Assembly: GCA_024401635.1 (NCBI GenBank)
Contig: JAKSKP010000001.1
Location: 21,364 to 85,363 of the forward strand
DNA: 64,000 nucleotides
Reading direction: 5' to 3'
Source of the DNA: Bacteroidales bacterium
GTDB taxonomy: Bacteria; Bacteroidota; Bacteroidia; Bacteroidales; UBA932
Part shown: positions 19,836 to 28,768 of the stretch, in pieces
How positions within the stretch are numbered: position 1 is the first letter of the stretch
Layout of the letters: each line of letters begins with the position of its first letter
The notes under the pieces: generated by a model
Told to the model about the DNA's origin: nothing
Database searches by the model: none
What the model saw: the letters and a program-made list of their open reading frames with translations, nothing else
Made by a program: the position numbers and the translations under genes

Positions 19836-21605
19836 TTACTCTTCTTCTGATTTGTTGAAATAATGAGTGTGCAGAAGTTCGTGCGCCTTGTGTGACAAAG
19901 GCTTGCCGAGGAACTCCTCATACAGCGTCTTGATATAGGGATTCTCGTGTGACTTTCGCAGAGGTTTGTTCCTGTCCTCCTCATACACTGCCTTGCGGCG
20001 CGCATCGATGATTTCGACGTTGCCGTGGTGCAGGGGCTGTCCGCCGCCACCCACGCAACCGCCGGGGCAGGCCATTATCTCTATGGCGTGGAAAGTGCTC
20101 TTGCCGGAGCGGATGTCCTCCAGCATACGGCGGGCATTGCCCAGACCGTGTGCGATTCCGACCTTGAGCTCGAAGCCGTCCATATCCACTGTGGCTTCGC
20201 GTACGCCTTCAAGGCCTCTTACCTGCGTGAAGTCGACTTTCTCAAGTGTTTTGCCCGTATGCAGTTCGTAGGCTGTACGAAGCGCCGCCTCCATCACGCC
20301 GCCTGTGGCGCCGAATATAACGCTGGCACCGGTGGATTCGCCGAGAGGCTTGTCGAAGTCGCTGTCTTCCAATGACCTGAAATCTATGTTGGCCTCTTTT
20401 ATGAGGGCAGCCAGCTCGCGTGTTGACAGTGAGTAGTCTACGTCAGGATTGCCGTCGGTCTTGAATTCGTCGCGTCCGCTCTCGTATTTCTTGGCCAGGC
20501 AGGGCATCACTGACACCACCACGAGTTTCTCTCTGGGAATCCCCATCTTTTCCGCCCACCAGGTCTTGGCTATGGAGCCGAACATCTGCTGGGGTGAACG
20601 GGCTGTCGAGGGAAGGTCAAGCATATCGGGGAACTGATGTTCGAAGAAGTTCACCCAGGCAGGGCAGCAGGACGTGAGAATGGGAAGAGCCACGTTCTTG
20701 TCCCCGGCGAGGAAACGCTGGAGACGTTCGAGCAGTTCGCTGCCTTCCTCCATAATCGTGAGGTCGGCCGTGAAGTCGGTGTCGAACACATAATTGAAAC
20801 CGAGCTTCCTGAGGGCGCTGGCCAGCTTGCCTGTGACTATGGTGCCGGCGGGATAACCGAACTCTTCTCCTATGGCCACGCGTACCGCGGGGGCTGTCTG
20901 CACCACCACTGTCTTGTCTGGATTGGCCAGGTCGGATATCAGCCTTCCGGTATTGTCCATTTCCGTGAGAGCGCCTACAGGACAGACGGCGACGCATTGG
21001 CCGCAATACGTACATTCGCTCTCTGAGAGTTTCATTCCGAAGGCGGGGCCTATCGTGGTGTCGAAGCCTCTGTTCCTGGCGCCTATGGCCCCTACGGTCT
21101 GCACCTCATTGCACATCGTCTCGCAGCGGCGGCAGAGTATGCATTTGTTCATATCGCGTACGATGGAGACGGTCTTCTCCACTTCATGGCAGGATTTTTC
21201 ACCGCCTTCATAGGGCGATTCGTGAATCTTGAGCCTGCGGGCGAGGTCCTGCAGCTCGCAGTTGCCCGACTTGGGGCACACGAGGCAATCGTGGGGGTGG
21301 TTTGAAAGTATCAGCTCGAGCACAGTCCTTCTGGCGTTGAGCACGCGCATTGTGTTGGTGTGCACTTCCATCCCCTCCGTGCAGGCCGTGGCGCAGGCGG
21401 GAGCCAGATTCCTTCTTCCCGTCACCTCCACCACGCACATACGGCAGGATGCGGGATGATTGTTCACGCAGGTGCCCTTGAGGTTGATGTGGCACAGGGT
21501 CGGAATTTCGATGCCGCAGGACTTGGCTGCGTCAAGAACCGTTGTCCCGGGTTCCACACTGACGGGGCGGTTGTCGATGGTAATATTTATCTTGTTCTGT
21601 TCCAT
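19836..21605 (-). CDS. hydA: [FeFe]-hydrogenase catalytic subunit, group A (HydA/HndD type)
   Basis: H-cluster motifs TSCCPAW, MPCLAKKYE, EIMACPGGCVGGGGQP; N-terminal 2Fe-2S, His-ligated and 2x4Fe-4S motifs. Confidence 0.95.
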   Translation of the reverse strand: MEQNKINITIDNRPVSVEPGTTVLDAAKSCGIEIPTLCHINLKGTCVNNHPASCRMCVVEVTGRRNLAPACATACTEGMEVHTNTMRVLNARRTVLELILSNHPHDCLVCPKSGNCELQDLARRLKIHESPYEGGEKSCHEVEKTVSIVRDMNKCILCRRCETMCNEVQTVGAIGARNRGFDTTIGPAFGMKLSESECTYCGQCVAVCPVGALTEMDNTGRLISDLANPDKTVVVQTAPAVRVAIGEEFGYPAGTIVTGKLASALRKLGFNYVFDTDFTADLTIMEEGSELLERLQRFLAGDKNVALPILTSCCPAWVNFFEHQFPDMLDLPSTARSPQQMFGSIAKTWWAEKMGIPREKLVVVSVMPCLAKKYESGRDEFKTDGNPDVDYSLSTRELAALIKEANIDFRSLEDSDFDKPLGESTGASVIFGATGGVMEAALRTAYELHTGKTLEKVDFTQVRGLEGVREATVDMDGFELKVGIAHGLGNARRMLEDIRSGKSTFHAIEIMACPGGCVGGGGQPLHHGNVEIIDARRKAVYEEDRNKPLRKSHENPYIKTLYEEFLGKPLSHKAHELLHTHYFNKSEEE

Positions 21606-21612
21606 GGCATTT

Positions 21613-23454
21613 CTATTTAAGGGAGATTGCGTGCAGACGGCAGTTGTTGATGCAGGTGCCGCACTTGATGCACTTCTGCTGGTCGATGGTGTGAGGCTGC
21701 TTGAGCTCTCCTGTGATTGCGCCCACAGGACAGTTCTTTGCGCAGAGGTGGCAACCTACGCAATTCTTGGGGTTGATGGTGTAATTGAGCATTGACATGC
21801 ACTGCTTTGCGCGACATTTCTTGTCCACCACGTGCTCCAGGTACTCGTCGCGGAAATTGGACAGGGTGGACAGCACGGGGTTGGGGGATGTCTGCCCCAG
21901 GCCGCAGAGGGCCGTGTCCTTTATTACGTTGGCAAGGTTCTCGAGCTTGTCGAGGTCTTCAAGTGTGCCTTTGCCGGCAACTATCCTGTCGAGTATCTCC
22001 AGCATCCTCTTGTTGCCTATGCGGCAGGGAGCGCATTTTCCGCAGGACTCCTCGACTATGAAGCCCAGATAGAAACGGGCCACCTGCACCATACAGTTGT
22101 CCTCGTCCATTACTATCATACCGCCGGATCCCATCATAGAGCCTGCGGCAGTAAGACTTTCATAATCGATGGGTATGTCGAGGTGTTTCTCGGTGAGGCA
22201 TCCGCCTGAAGGACCGCCTGTCTGGACGGCCTTGAACTTCTTGCCTCCCTTGATACCGCCGCCGATTTCGTATATCACCTCACGGAGGGTGGTTCCCATA
22301 GGCACTTCGATGAGGCCGACGTTGTTAATCTTGCCGGCAAGGGCGAATACCTTCGTGCCCTTGGACTTCTCGGTGCCGATGGATGCGAACCATTCGGGCC
22401 CTTTCTGGAATATCACGGGTATGTTGGCCCAGGTCTCCACGTTGTTGACGTTGGTGGGGTATTTCCTGTAGCCTTCCACAGCGGGGAACGGAGGTTTGAG
22501 CGTAGGTTCGCCGCGTTTTCCTTCCATAGAGTGGATGAGGGCCGTCTCCTCGCCGCATACGAATGCTCCCGCACCGTATCGTATGGTGATGTCGAAACTG
22601 AAACCGCTGCCCATGATGTTTTCTCCCAGCAGACCAAGCTCGCGTGCCTGGGTGATGGCTGTCTTGAGACGGTGTATGGCCAGAGGATACTCCGCACGCA
22701 CGTAGATCAGACCGTATTTCGCTCCTATTGCGTAGCCGCATATGGCCATGGCTTCTACTATGGAGTTGGGATCGCCTTCCATGATGGAACGGTCCATGAA
22801 TGCACCGGGATCACCCTCATCGGCGTTGCAGACCACGTATTTGATGTCTGACCGGCTCTTGCTGGCGAATTCCCATTTGCTGCCGGTGGGGAAGCCCGCT
22901 CCGCCGCGTCCGCGCAGACCGCTGCGTTTCACGATGTCGATGACCTCCTCCGGAGTCTTGTTGGTTATGCAGTCCGCAAGGGCGCTGTAGCCATCACGGG
23001 CAATGTATTCGTTGATGTTCTCCGGGTCTATGAGTCCGCAGTTGCGAAGTGCGATGCGTACCTGCTTGCGGTAGAAATTCATATGCTTTGAATCGCTGAC
23101 CGAAGCGTTGGTCTCGGGATCCACGTACAGCAGGCGCTGTATCTTCTTTCCTCCGATGACGTGCTCCCTGATAATCTCAGAGGCATCTTCAGGTTTGACC
23201 TGTGTATAGAAAGTGTTGTCCGGAAGTATCTTTACAATGGGGCCTTTCTCGCAGAAACCGAAGCAGCCCGTGGTGATGACCTCCACCTTGTCCTCGACTC
23301 CGAGTTCCTTGATGCAGGCCTTCATATTCTCCGCAATCGCAGCGCTGTTCGAAGCCTTGCACCCGGTACCTCCGCATATGAGGACCTGCATGTGCTCGGG
23401 AGTAGCCTCTTCCATTTTGATCTTTTTCAGATCGTTCAACGATGTAATCTTCAT
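21613..23454 (-). CDS. Hydrogenase NuoF-like diaphorase subunit (HydB/HndC type)
   Basis: CGGTGC N-terminal domain, GLRGRGGAGFPTG, NADEGDPGAFMDR, ESCGKCAPCRIG, two C-terminal 4Fe-4S motifs. Confidence 0.92.
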   Translation of the reverse strand: MKITSLNDLKKIKMEEATPEHMQVLICGGTGCKASNSAAIAENMKACIKELGVEDKVEVITTGCFGFCEKGPIVKILPDNTFYTQVKPEDASEIIREHVIGGKKIQRLLYVDPETNASVSDSKHMNFYRKQVRIALRNCGLIDPENINEYIARDGYSALADCITNKTPEEVIDIVKRSGLRGRGGAGFPTGSKWEFASKSRSDIKYVVCNADEGDPGAFMDRSIMEGDPNSIVEAMAICGYAIGAKYGLIYVRAEYPLAIHRLKTAITQARELGLLGENIMGSGFSFDITIRYGAGAFVCGEETALIHSMEGKRGEPTLKPPFPAVEGYRKYPTNVNNVETWANIPVIFQKGPEWFASIGTEKSKGTKVFALAGKINNVGLIEVPMGTTLREVIYEIGGGIKGGKKFKAVQTGGPSGGCLTEKHLDIPIDYESLTAAGSMMGSGGMIVMDEDNCMVQVARFYLGFIVEESCGKCAPCRIGNKRMLEILDRIVAGKGTLEDLDKLENLANVIKDTALCGLGQTSPNPVLSTLSNFRDEYLEHVVDKKCRAKQCMSMLNYTINPKNCVGCHLCAKNCPVGAITGELKQPHTIDQQKCIKCGTCINNCRLHAISLK

Positions 23455-23480
23455 TTGGTATGGTAATTAAACCTCCAAAT

Positions 23481-24245
23481 TTACGACTTTTTTATCATTC
23501 CGGCAACAATGGCGAAGCCTGATCGCGGGATGGATGCCTCCACGGCCTTTTTATTGTGAAATATACCCTTGGCGGCGACAAGTTCCGCAGCTTCCTTCGG
23601 ATGTCCTTTCACCCATTCGCAGGAATCCTTAAGCTCGTCGATGACGCTTGTGGCCGTATCCGGGGCGCTGACGGCCAGACTGCCTTTGCAGAACAGCGCG
23701 GTGATGCAGGGCAATGTGCCCTCGGCATCCTGCCACAGACTGGCGATGTCAAGCAATATGTGCATTTGTGGATTCGCTTCAAGTGCCTGTGATACAAATG
23801 GTTCGGATAATATGCAGAGCTCGGTTGCCCCTTTTTCCGCAGCCTCGTACAGGGCTTTGTGGGAAGGGAAACGGCAGTCGAAGGCCACGTCCCTGTCCGG
23901 GTCCATCCCCGCTTCCGATATCAGTTTCCTGAGCATATTCTCGGGCGGTGTGCCACCTTCCATCACGCTGATGCTCCTGCCCTTGAGGTCCCTTATGCCC
24001 TTGATGCCGCTGTCCGTGCCGCAGACATACAGGCCTCCCCATATCATTGCCGCCGCAATGCGGTAGTCTATGCCTTTTTTCTGCAGAACCGCTTCCATCG
24101 ATGCCGGAAGCACGGCGAAATCCAGGTTCCCGGCCGCCATTTCGTCCAGCATCTGCGCAGGCTCATCGAGGACTTCCGCCTCCATCCTTATCATTTCCAC
24201 GGCTGAAGGGCCGCGCAACGTAGCTATTTTCAATTTTTTGTCCAT
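23481..24245 (-). CDS. Periplasmic-binding-protein fold (SsuA/THI5-like), no signal peptide
   Basis: KIATLRGPS, LDFAVLP, DLKGRSI..GTPP, LSEPFVS pattern of this family; ORF starts 19 nt after the TonB receptor stop. Confidence 0.7.
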   Translation of the reverse strand: MDKKLKIATLRGPSAVEMIRMEAEVLDEPAQMLDEMAAGNLDFAVLPASMEAVLQKKGIDYRIAAAMIWGGLYVCGTDSGIKGIRDLKGRSISVMEGGTPPENMLRKLISEAGMDPDRDVAFDCRFPSHKALYEAAEKGATELCILSEPFVSQALEANPQMHILLDIASLWQDAEGTLPCITALFCKGSLAVSAPDTATSVIDELKDSCEWVKGHPKEAAELVAAKGIFHNKKAVEASIPRSGFAIVAGMIKKS

Positions 24246-24264
24246 AGAGAGGGGATACTCCGGA

Positions 24265-26454
24265 TCAGAATGTGAAATTCACGCGAAAATAGAAATTTCT
24301 TCCCGGTTCACAAATAATGTTGCCTCTGTTGGTGGCAAGGAAATTGACGTATGCGGCATTCAGGATGTTGTCCACTCCAGCGAACAGCTGAAGGTTGCAT
24401 CTGCCGAAATTGAATATCCTGGAATGTATCGCGAAATCCATCCTCCACCAGCCCTCCGTGGCCCTTTCCCCATCCGCTGTCTTGCCGGAAGGGCGTGCTG
24501 CAGCCGCCGTCACCCCAAGGTCTGCTCCCAATATCCTGTCGTTCCGGTAGGATATGCCGGCGTTGAGGCTTGCCGGCGGGATCATAGGCAGCCAGGTGCG
24601 CGCAGGCGTTGTTTCCTTTCCGACGGTGACTGCGCCCGATGCGTAAAGTTCGAGGCCGCGGACCAGCTTGTAGGAGACACTGAGTTCTGCGCCGTAGAGC
24701 AGGGCCCTGCCCGTGTTGCCAAGCATCAGGGTGTCGTTGGCGCTGTCTGGACTGACGTTGACTTTCCGCTCCACTATCATATCGTTAATGTTGTTTATGA
24801 AGCCGTCGACGTGCAGCCTGAACCTCTCGGAGCGGTATCTCAGACCCAGGTCCGCTCCCAGCCCCTTCTCCGCCTTGAGCTTGGGATTGCCGAAATGTAT
24901 CTTGTTGCCTGCTAGGTCTATGAACTTGAAGAGTTCCTCGAGGGCGGGACTGCGGTATGAACGCGACAGGTTCAGCGTCAGGTCAAGATTGCCCGTAGCC
25001 TTGAACAGAAGCCCTGCGTTTGCGCTCCAAGAGGGGTCCGTGCGGCCTCCAGCCTCGAAGGTGACGTACTTTCCCGGAGGATTGTCGATGACCGTACCCG
25101 CCGTGACGTTCTCGATGGATTCTACGTTGTGGCATTCTCCGTTTTTCATCACGTTCACGTCGGCACGTGCGCCAAGTGTGAAGATCAGTCTGTCATCCAG
25201 GAAACGCATCTCGTCCTGGGCGTATATGCCTGCGGACGTGTAGGAGGCTCTCGGCAGGGGTGTTTCCCTGCGTATCATCTGCGCTGCCAATGTTCCGGCC
25301 GCATATTGGTCGATGTATTTGGCCCTGTCACTGGAGATGGCCCTGCGCCACATTTCCACGCCGGCGGTGAGCCTGTTGCGTTCGCCGAAGCGCCACCTGC
25401 CCTCTCCGTTCACGCCGAAGCTGTGATGTTCTGCATAGGGGGCTACCAGGGTCGGCAGGGCTCCGGTCTGCGGCCTGGCCATATTAGGGTTCATATTGAC
25501 ATCCAGTATTATTCCCTGATAGAAAGCCTTGAACTTCAGGGCATCAAGATTTTGCGTCAGATGTTCGATGTCGTAATTTATGCTGGCCAGAGTCCTGCCG
25601 GCTTTTTTGTAGCTTGCCTTGGCGTCCGGGGTGAAGGCAGCGCCGCCAGGTATGCCCACGTCCCAGGAAAAGTTCCTCTGGAACTGCAGCTTGAGGGTAT
25701 GGTTGTCCTTCGGCTTGAAGGCCGCCGTCACCCCGATGTCGGCACCGTTGTAGGCGCTGTTGCCCATTATGCCAACTGGCGTGCGCACGTTGCCTCCCTG
25801 ACGGAAGGAACCGTTCACCTTGACGTACCATCTGCCGCCACCTCCGTACAGGGCCAGATATTCGCTGTGACCGTTGTTTACGGAAGAATAGCTTGCGGTA
25901 AGGTTTCCGTTGAAGTAGGGGCTTGCCGCGAAATGGCCGTCCTTGCCTATCACGTTGATGATGCCGCCCATCGCCCCGCTGCCGTAGATGGATGACTGTG
26001 CCCCGCGTATGACCTCCACGTGGTCTATGTCATTGACGTCGAACATACTGAGCGAGGTGGTCAGGTCAGAAGCCACTTCCACGCGGCTGCCGTTCGCAAG
26101 CGTTACCAGCCGGTTCTCCCCGAGACCGCGTATTCGTATGTTTGTGGCCCAGATTCCGTCGCCTCCCTTGCTCAGTCCCGGCTCCTTCCGGAAAATGTCG
26201 GCGACGGTAGGGGAGGATAGCTTCTTGGCGTCCATGGATGTCACTACCGTAACCTCGGAGGGGATATCCCTGGTGCCGCTGCCTGTCTTGACGCTGCTGA
26301 CTACGGACTCGTCTAAGGTCAGGGTGTCCGCCTGCTCTGAAATGCCGGGCTTGTCTACGGTTTTTTCTTCGGCGGATGCGCCTGTTATGCCGGAAACGGC
26401 GAGAAGGACCGGCAGCGTGGCTGCCACGGCCCTGAAAGTTCTATTCATCTTCAT
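24265..26454 (-). CDS. TonB-dependent outer-membrane receptor
   Basis: Signal peptide, LDESVVS TonB-box region, plug IRIRGL...HVEVIRGAQSSIYGSGAMGGIINVI, GNPKLKAEK, EPGRNFYFRVNFTF. Confidence 0.93.
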   Translation of the reverse strand: MKMNRTFRAVAATLPVLLAVSGITGASAEEKTVDKPGISEQADTLTLDESVVSSVKTGSGTRDIPSEVTVVTSMDAKKLSSPTVADIFRKEPGLSKGGDGIWATNIRIRGLGENRLVTLANGSRVEVASDLTTSLSMFDVNDIDHVEVIRGAQSSIYGSGAMGGIINVIGKDGHFAASPYFNGNLTASYSSVNNGHSEYLALYGGGGRWYVKVNGSFRQGGNVRTPVGIMGNSAYNGADIGVTAAFKPKDNHTLKLQFQRNFSWDVGIPGGAAFTPDAKASYKKAGRTLASINYDIEHLTQNLDALKFKAFYQGIILDVNMNPNMARPQTGALPTLVAPYAEHHSFGVNGEGRWRFGERNRLTAGVEMWRRAISSDRAKYIDQYAAGTLAAQMIRRETPLPRASYTSAGIYAQDEMRFLDDRLIFTLGARADVNVMKNGECHNVESIENVTAGTVIDNPPGKYVTFEAGGRTDPSWSANAGLLFKATGNLDLTLNLSRSYRSPALEELFKFIDLAGNKIHFGNPKLKAEKGLGADLGLRYRSERFRLHVDGFINNINDMIVERKVNVSPDSANDTLMLGNTGRALLYGAELSVSYKLVRGLELYASGAVTVGKETTPARTWLPMIPPASLNAGISYRNDRILGADLGVTAAAARPSGKTADGERATEGWWRMDFAIHSRIFNFGRCNLQLFAGVDNILNAAYVNFLATNRGNIICEPGRNFYFRVNFTF

Positions 26455-26698
26455 TCCTTGGCTTGAGCAATGCGGATTTGACTTCGATGCCCTTCAGGCG
26501 GCCCAACTGGCCCGTGAGCGCTCCAATCTGATCCGTAGTACCCTCAAGAAGGAGAGTGATGATTCCTCTGTTGTTTTTGCGGGGATAGCCGGTGCGGCAA
26601 AGGATGATGTCCGCGTGCTTGGAAATCACAGCGTTGAGCTGTGAGGCCATCTCCCTGTCCTCGACTGCAATGATTACTGTACCTGTTCTCTTTTCCAT
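26441..26698 (-). CDS. TM1266-family iron-only hydrogenase system putative regulator
   Basis: MEKRTGTVIIAVEDR...IGALTGQLGRLKGIEVKS matches the family pattern; first gene of the hydrogenase operon. Confidence 0.8.
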   Translation of the reverse strand: MEKRTGTVIIAVEDREMASQLNAVISKHADIILCRTGYPRKNNRGIITLLLEGTTDQIGALTGQLGRLKGIEVKSALLKPRNEDE

Positions 26699-26798
26699 CA
26701 GTAGTTTCCTCCGGATCTGATAATTGTTATGGAATATGTCCGTCCACCTCGGTCTTTGTCCGACCTCAGTTTTTGCTGGTTCATAAGAACCGTTTCTG

Positions 26799-26806
26799 CA
26801 AAGTTA
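26799..26806 (-). promoter_or_regulatory. -7 promoter element for the TM1266-TonB-hydrogenase operon
   Basis: CAAAGTTA on plus = TAACTTTG on minus, about 100 nt upstream of the ATG at 26698. Confidence 0.55.
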
Positions 26807-26868
26807 AACAGATTCTGCGGATATCTTGATGAAAGTGCGGAATTTGTGTACTTTTGTCAAGTCTTCCG

Positions 26869-28086
26869 TTACCCGACAATCCATTTGCCGACAACGGGAA
26901 TCTTCTGCAACGGCACGCATATCAGGGCGGTCGTGACGTAGGAACATACTGCCGTCAGGAGGATCTCCACCGGTGTGGTCATCACGCCGAGGCAGCCGTC
27001 GGCGCCGATTCCCATAGACGTGCGGAACGTGGCGGAGAAGAATGCCAGCGCTATCATATGCATAAGGTACATTCCATAACTGGCGCGTGATACCGGCAGC
27101 ACGACCTTGTCATAGAACCCGCCTGAGGAATTGAACTTCCTGAAAACTAGTATCCATCCTATGGTCAGAAGCAGAACGCCGATGGAGCAATAGGTCCACG
27201 GGGTTTCCCAGATTGCTGCGAGACCGCAGTCGCCGCCTACGGGGAAATAGCTGTTCGAAGGGTCCGTGAAGCTTTCGGGGGAAAATCCGCCCGCGGTGGC
27301 AAACACCCTTCGCAGAAAGCCGCCGAAGCATATGCCGAAACCGGCAATCCAGCAGGGGAGAGCGATGGCCAGGGTTCTGCCCCAGCTCATTTCAGGCGTG
27401 AACCTGCGCAGGTACAGGCCCAGCAGCAGGTAGCCTATGAAGCCGCTGAAATAATACAGAATGCCGAAACTGTTCCAACTGGCCTCGCCCCACAGGGGAT
27501 ACGGCGCCTGCATCGGTATTCCTCCGGGCCCGAATATGCAGACTTCCTTCCCGTACATGCCGGCCTCGCGCACGAAAGGGATGAACATCGTCAGGAAGCA
27601 CAGGCCCATAAAGAACAGCAGCTCCCTTCTGCCCACCTTTTCGGCCCAGGGGGAAAGCAGGGGCATCAGCAGGTACAATCCTATCAGCATATATACGAAC
27701 CACAGGTGGCCTGCGGCGTAGTTGAAATTGAAAAGCAGGTCCCTGAAGTTTGCTGCCGGCTCGCCCCATATCAGGGCATACACTATTGTCCAAAGTATGA
27801 ACGGGACAAGTATCCTGACCGCCCTTCTTCTGAAAAACTCCCCGGTGCTGTAGTGCAGGGGGAACTGGAGGTAGCTCGATGCCACTACGAAAAGAGGTAC
27901 GCAGGCGCGTGCGAAACTGTCGAACAGCGATGCCCAGAACGCATCTGCGCGTGTCAGTATGAACGTACCGTCCCCTCCAAGGTAGAAGGGTTCCGTGCTG
28001 TGCACCATCATTACAAGGAAGCAGGCCGATATTCGCAGCCAGTCGACCCAGGTTTCACGTTTTCTTTCAATTGTCATATTGCTCAT
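26869..28086 (-). CDS. Acyltransferase-3 (OafA-like) membrane O-acyltransferase
   Basis: WVDWLRISACFLVMMVH, ACVPLF, HLWFVY, SYGMYLMH; about 10 TM segments. Confidence 0.85.
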   Translation of the reverse strand: MSNMTIERKRETWVDWLRISACFLVMMVHSTEPFYLGGDGTFILTRADAFWASLFDSFARACVPLFVVASSYLQFPLHYSTGEFFRRRAVRILVPFILWTIVYALIWGEPAANFRDLLFNFNYAAGHLWFVYMLIGLYLLMPLLSPWAEKVGRRELLFFMGLCFLTMFIPFVREAGMYGKEVCIFGPGGIPMQAPYPLWGEASWNSFGILYYFSGFIGYLLLGLYLRRFTPEMSWGRTLAIALPCWIAGFGICFGGFLRRVFATAGGFSPESFTDPSNSYFPVGGDCGLAAIWETPWTYCSIGVLLLTIGWILVFRKFNSSGGFYDKVVLPVSRASYGMYLMHMIALAFFSATFRTSMGIGADGCLGVMTTPVEILLTAVCSYVTTALICVPLQKIPVVGKWIVG

Positions 28087-28138
28087 GTGACAAATGTAAT
28101 CAAATATTCGTAACTTTGTACGTCAAAATTGAACGAAA

Positions 28139-28768
28139 ATGATTACACAGAAAGCGCACCCCTGGCACGGCATCGAGCAGGGACCTGACTTCCCCGACGA
28201 ACTCAGGGTTTTCATAGAGATAGTGCCCACAGATACGGTAAAGTACGAGGTGGACAAGAAATCCGGCTACCTGGCTCTTGACCGTCCCCAGAAGTTCTCC
28301 AACATAGTGCCATCGCTGTACGGTTTCATACCGCGCACCTACTGCGGCGAAAGGATGGCCAGATTCACCAACGAAGCCATAGCCAGATATGACGTTTCGG
28401 GCGACGGCGACCCTCTGGACGTGTGCGTGCTTACCGAAAAGGACGTTACCCACGGTGACATACTGGTCAACTGCATACCCATCGGCGGGCTGCGCCTGCT
28501 TGACCACGACCAGGCCGACGACAAGATAGTGGCCGTGCTCAAGAACGATGCCGTCTACGGCCATATCACCGATATGGAGAACCTTCCCAAGGAGATAACC
28601 AGGCGTCTCATCCACTACTTCACCACCTACAAGGATATCCCCGGCGACTCGATGCGCAGGATGCAGTTCGTCAGCCTTTACAACGCCAAGGAAGCCAAGG
28701 AAATAATAAAGGCATCGGTGGAGGATTATGCCGAACTGATGAAAAGCTATGACAAGCAGGACAATTAG
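28139..28768 (+). CDS. ppa: Family I inorganic pyrophosphatase
   Basis: HPWHG, VKYEVDK, YGFIPRT, DGDPLD, DDKIVAV. Confidence 0.92.
   Translation: MITQKAHPWHGIEQGPDFPDELRVFIEIVPTDTVKYEVDKKSGYLALDRPQKFSNIVPSLYGFIPRTYCGERMARFTNEAIARYDVSGDGDPLDVCVLTEKDVTHGDILVNCIPIGGLRLLDHDQADDKIVAVLKNDAVYGHITDMENLPKEITRRLIHYFTTYKDIPGDSMRRMQFVSLYNAKEAKEIIKASVEDYAELMKSYDKQDN

Noticed and set aside
26700-26800. Known riboswitch (cobalamin/TPP) upstream of the TonB receptor operon
   Set aside because: No B12-box or TPP core consensus recognisable; an Rfam scan would be decisive
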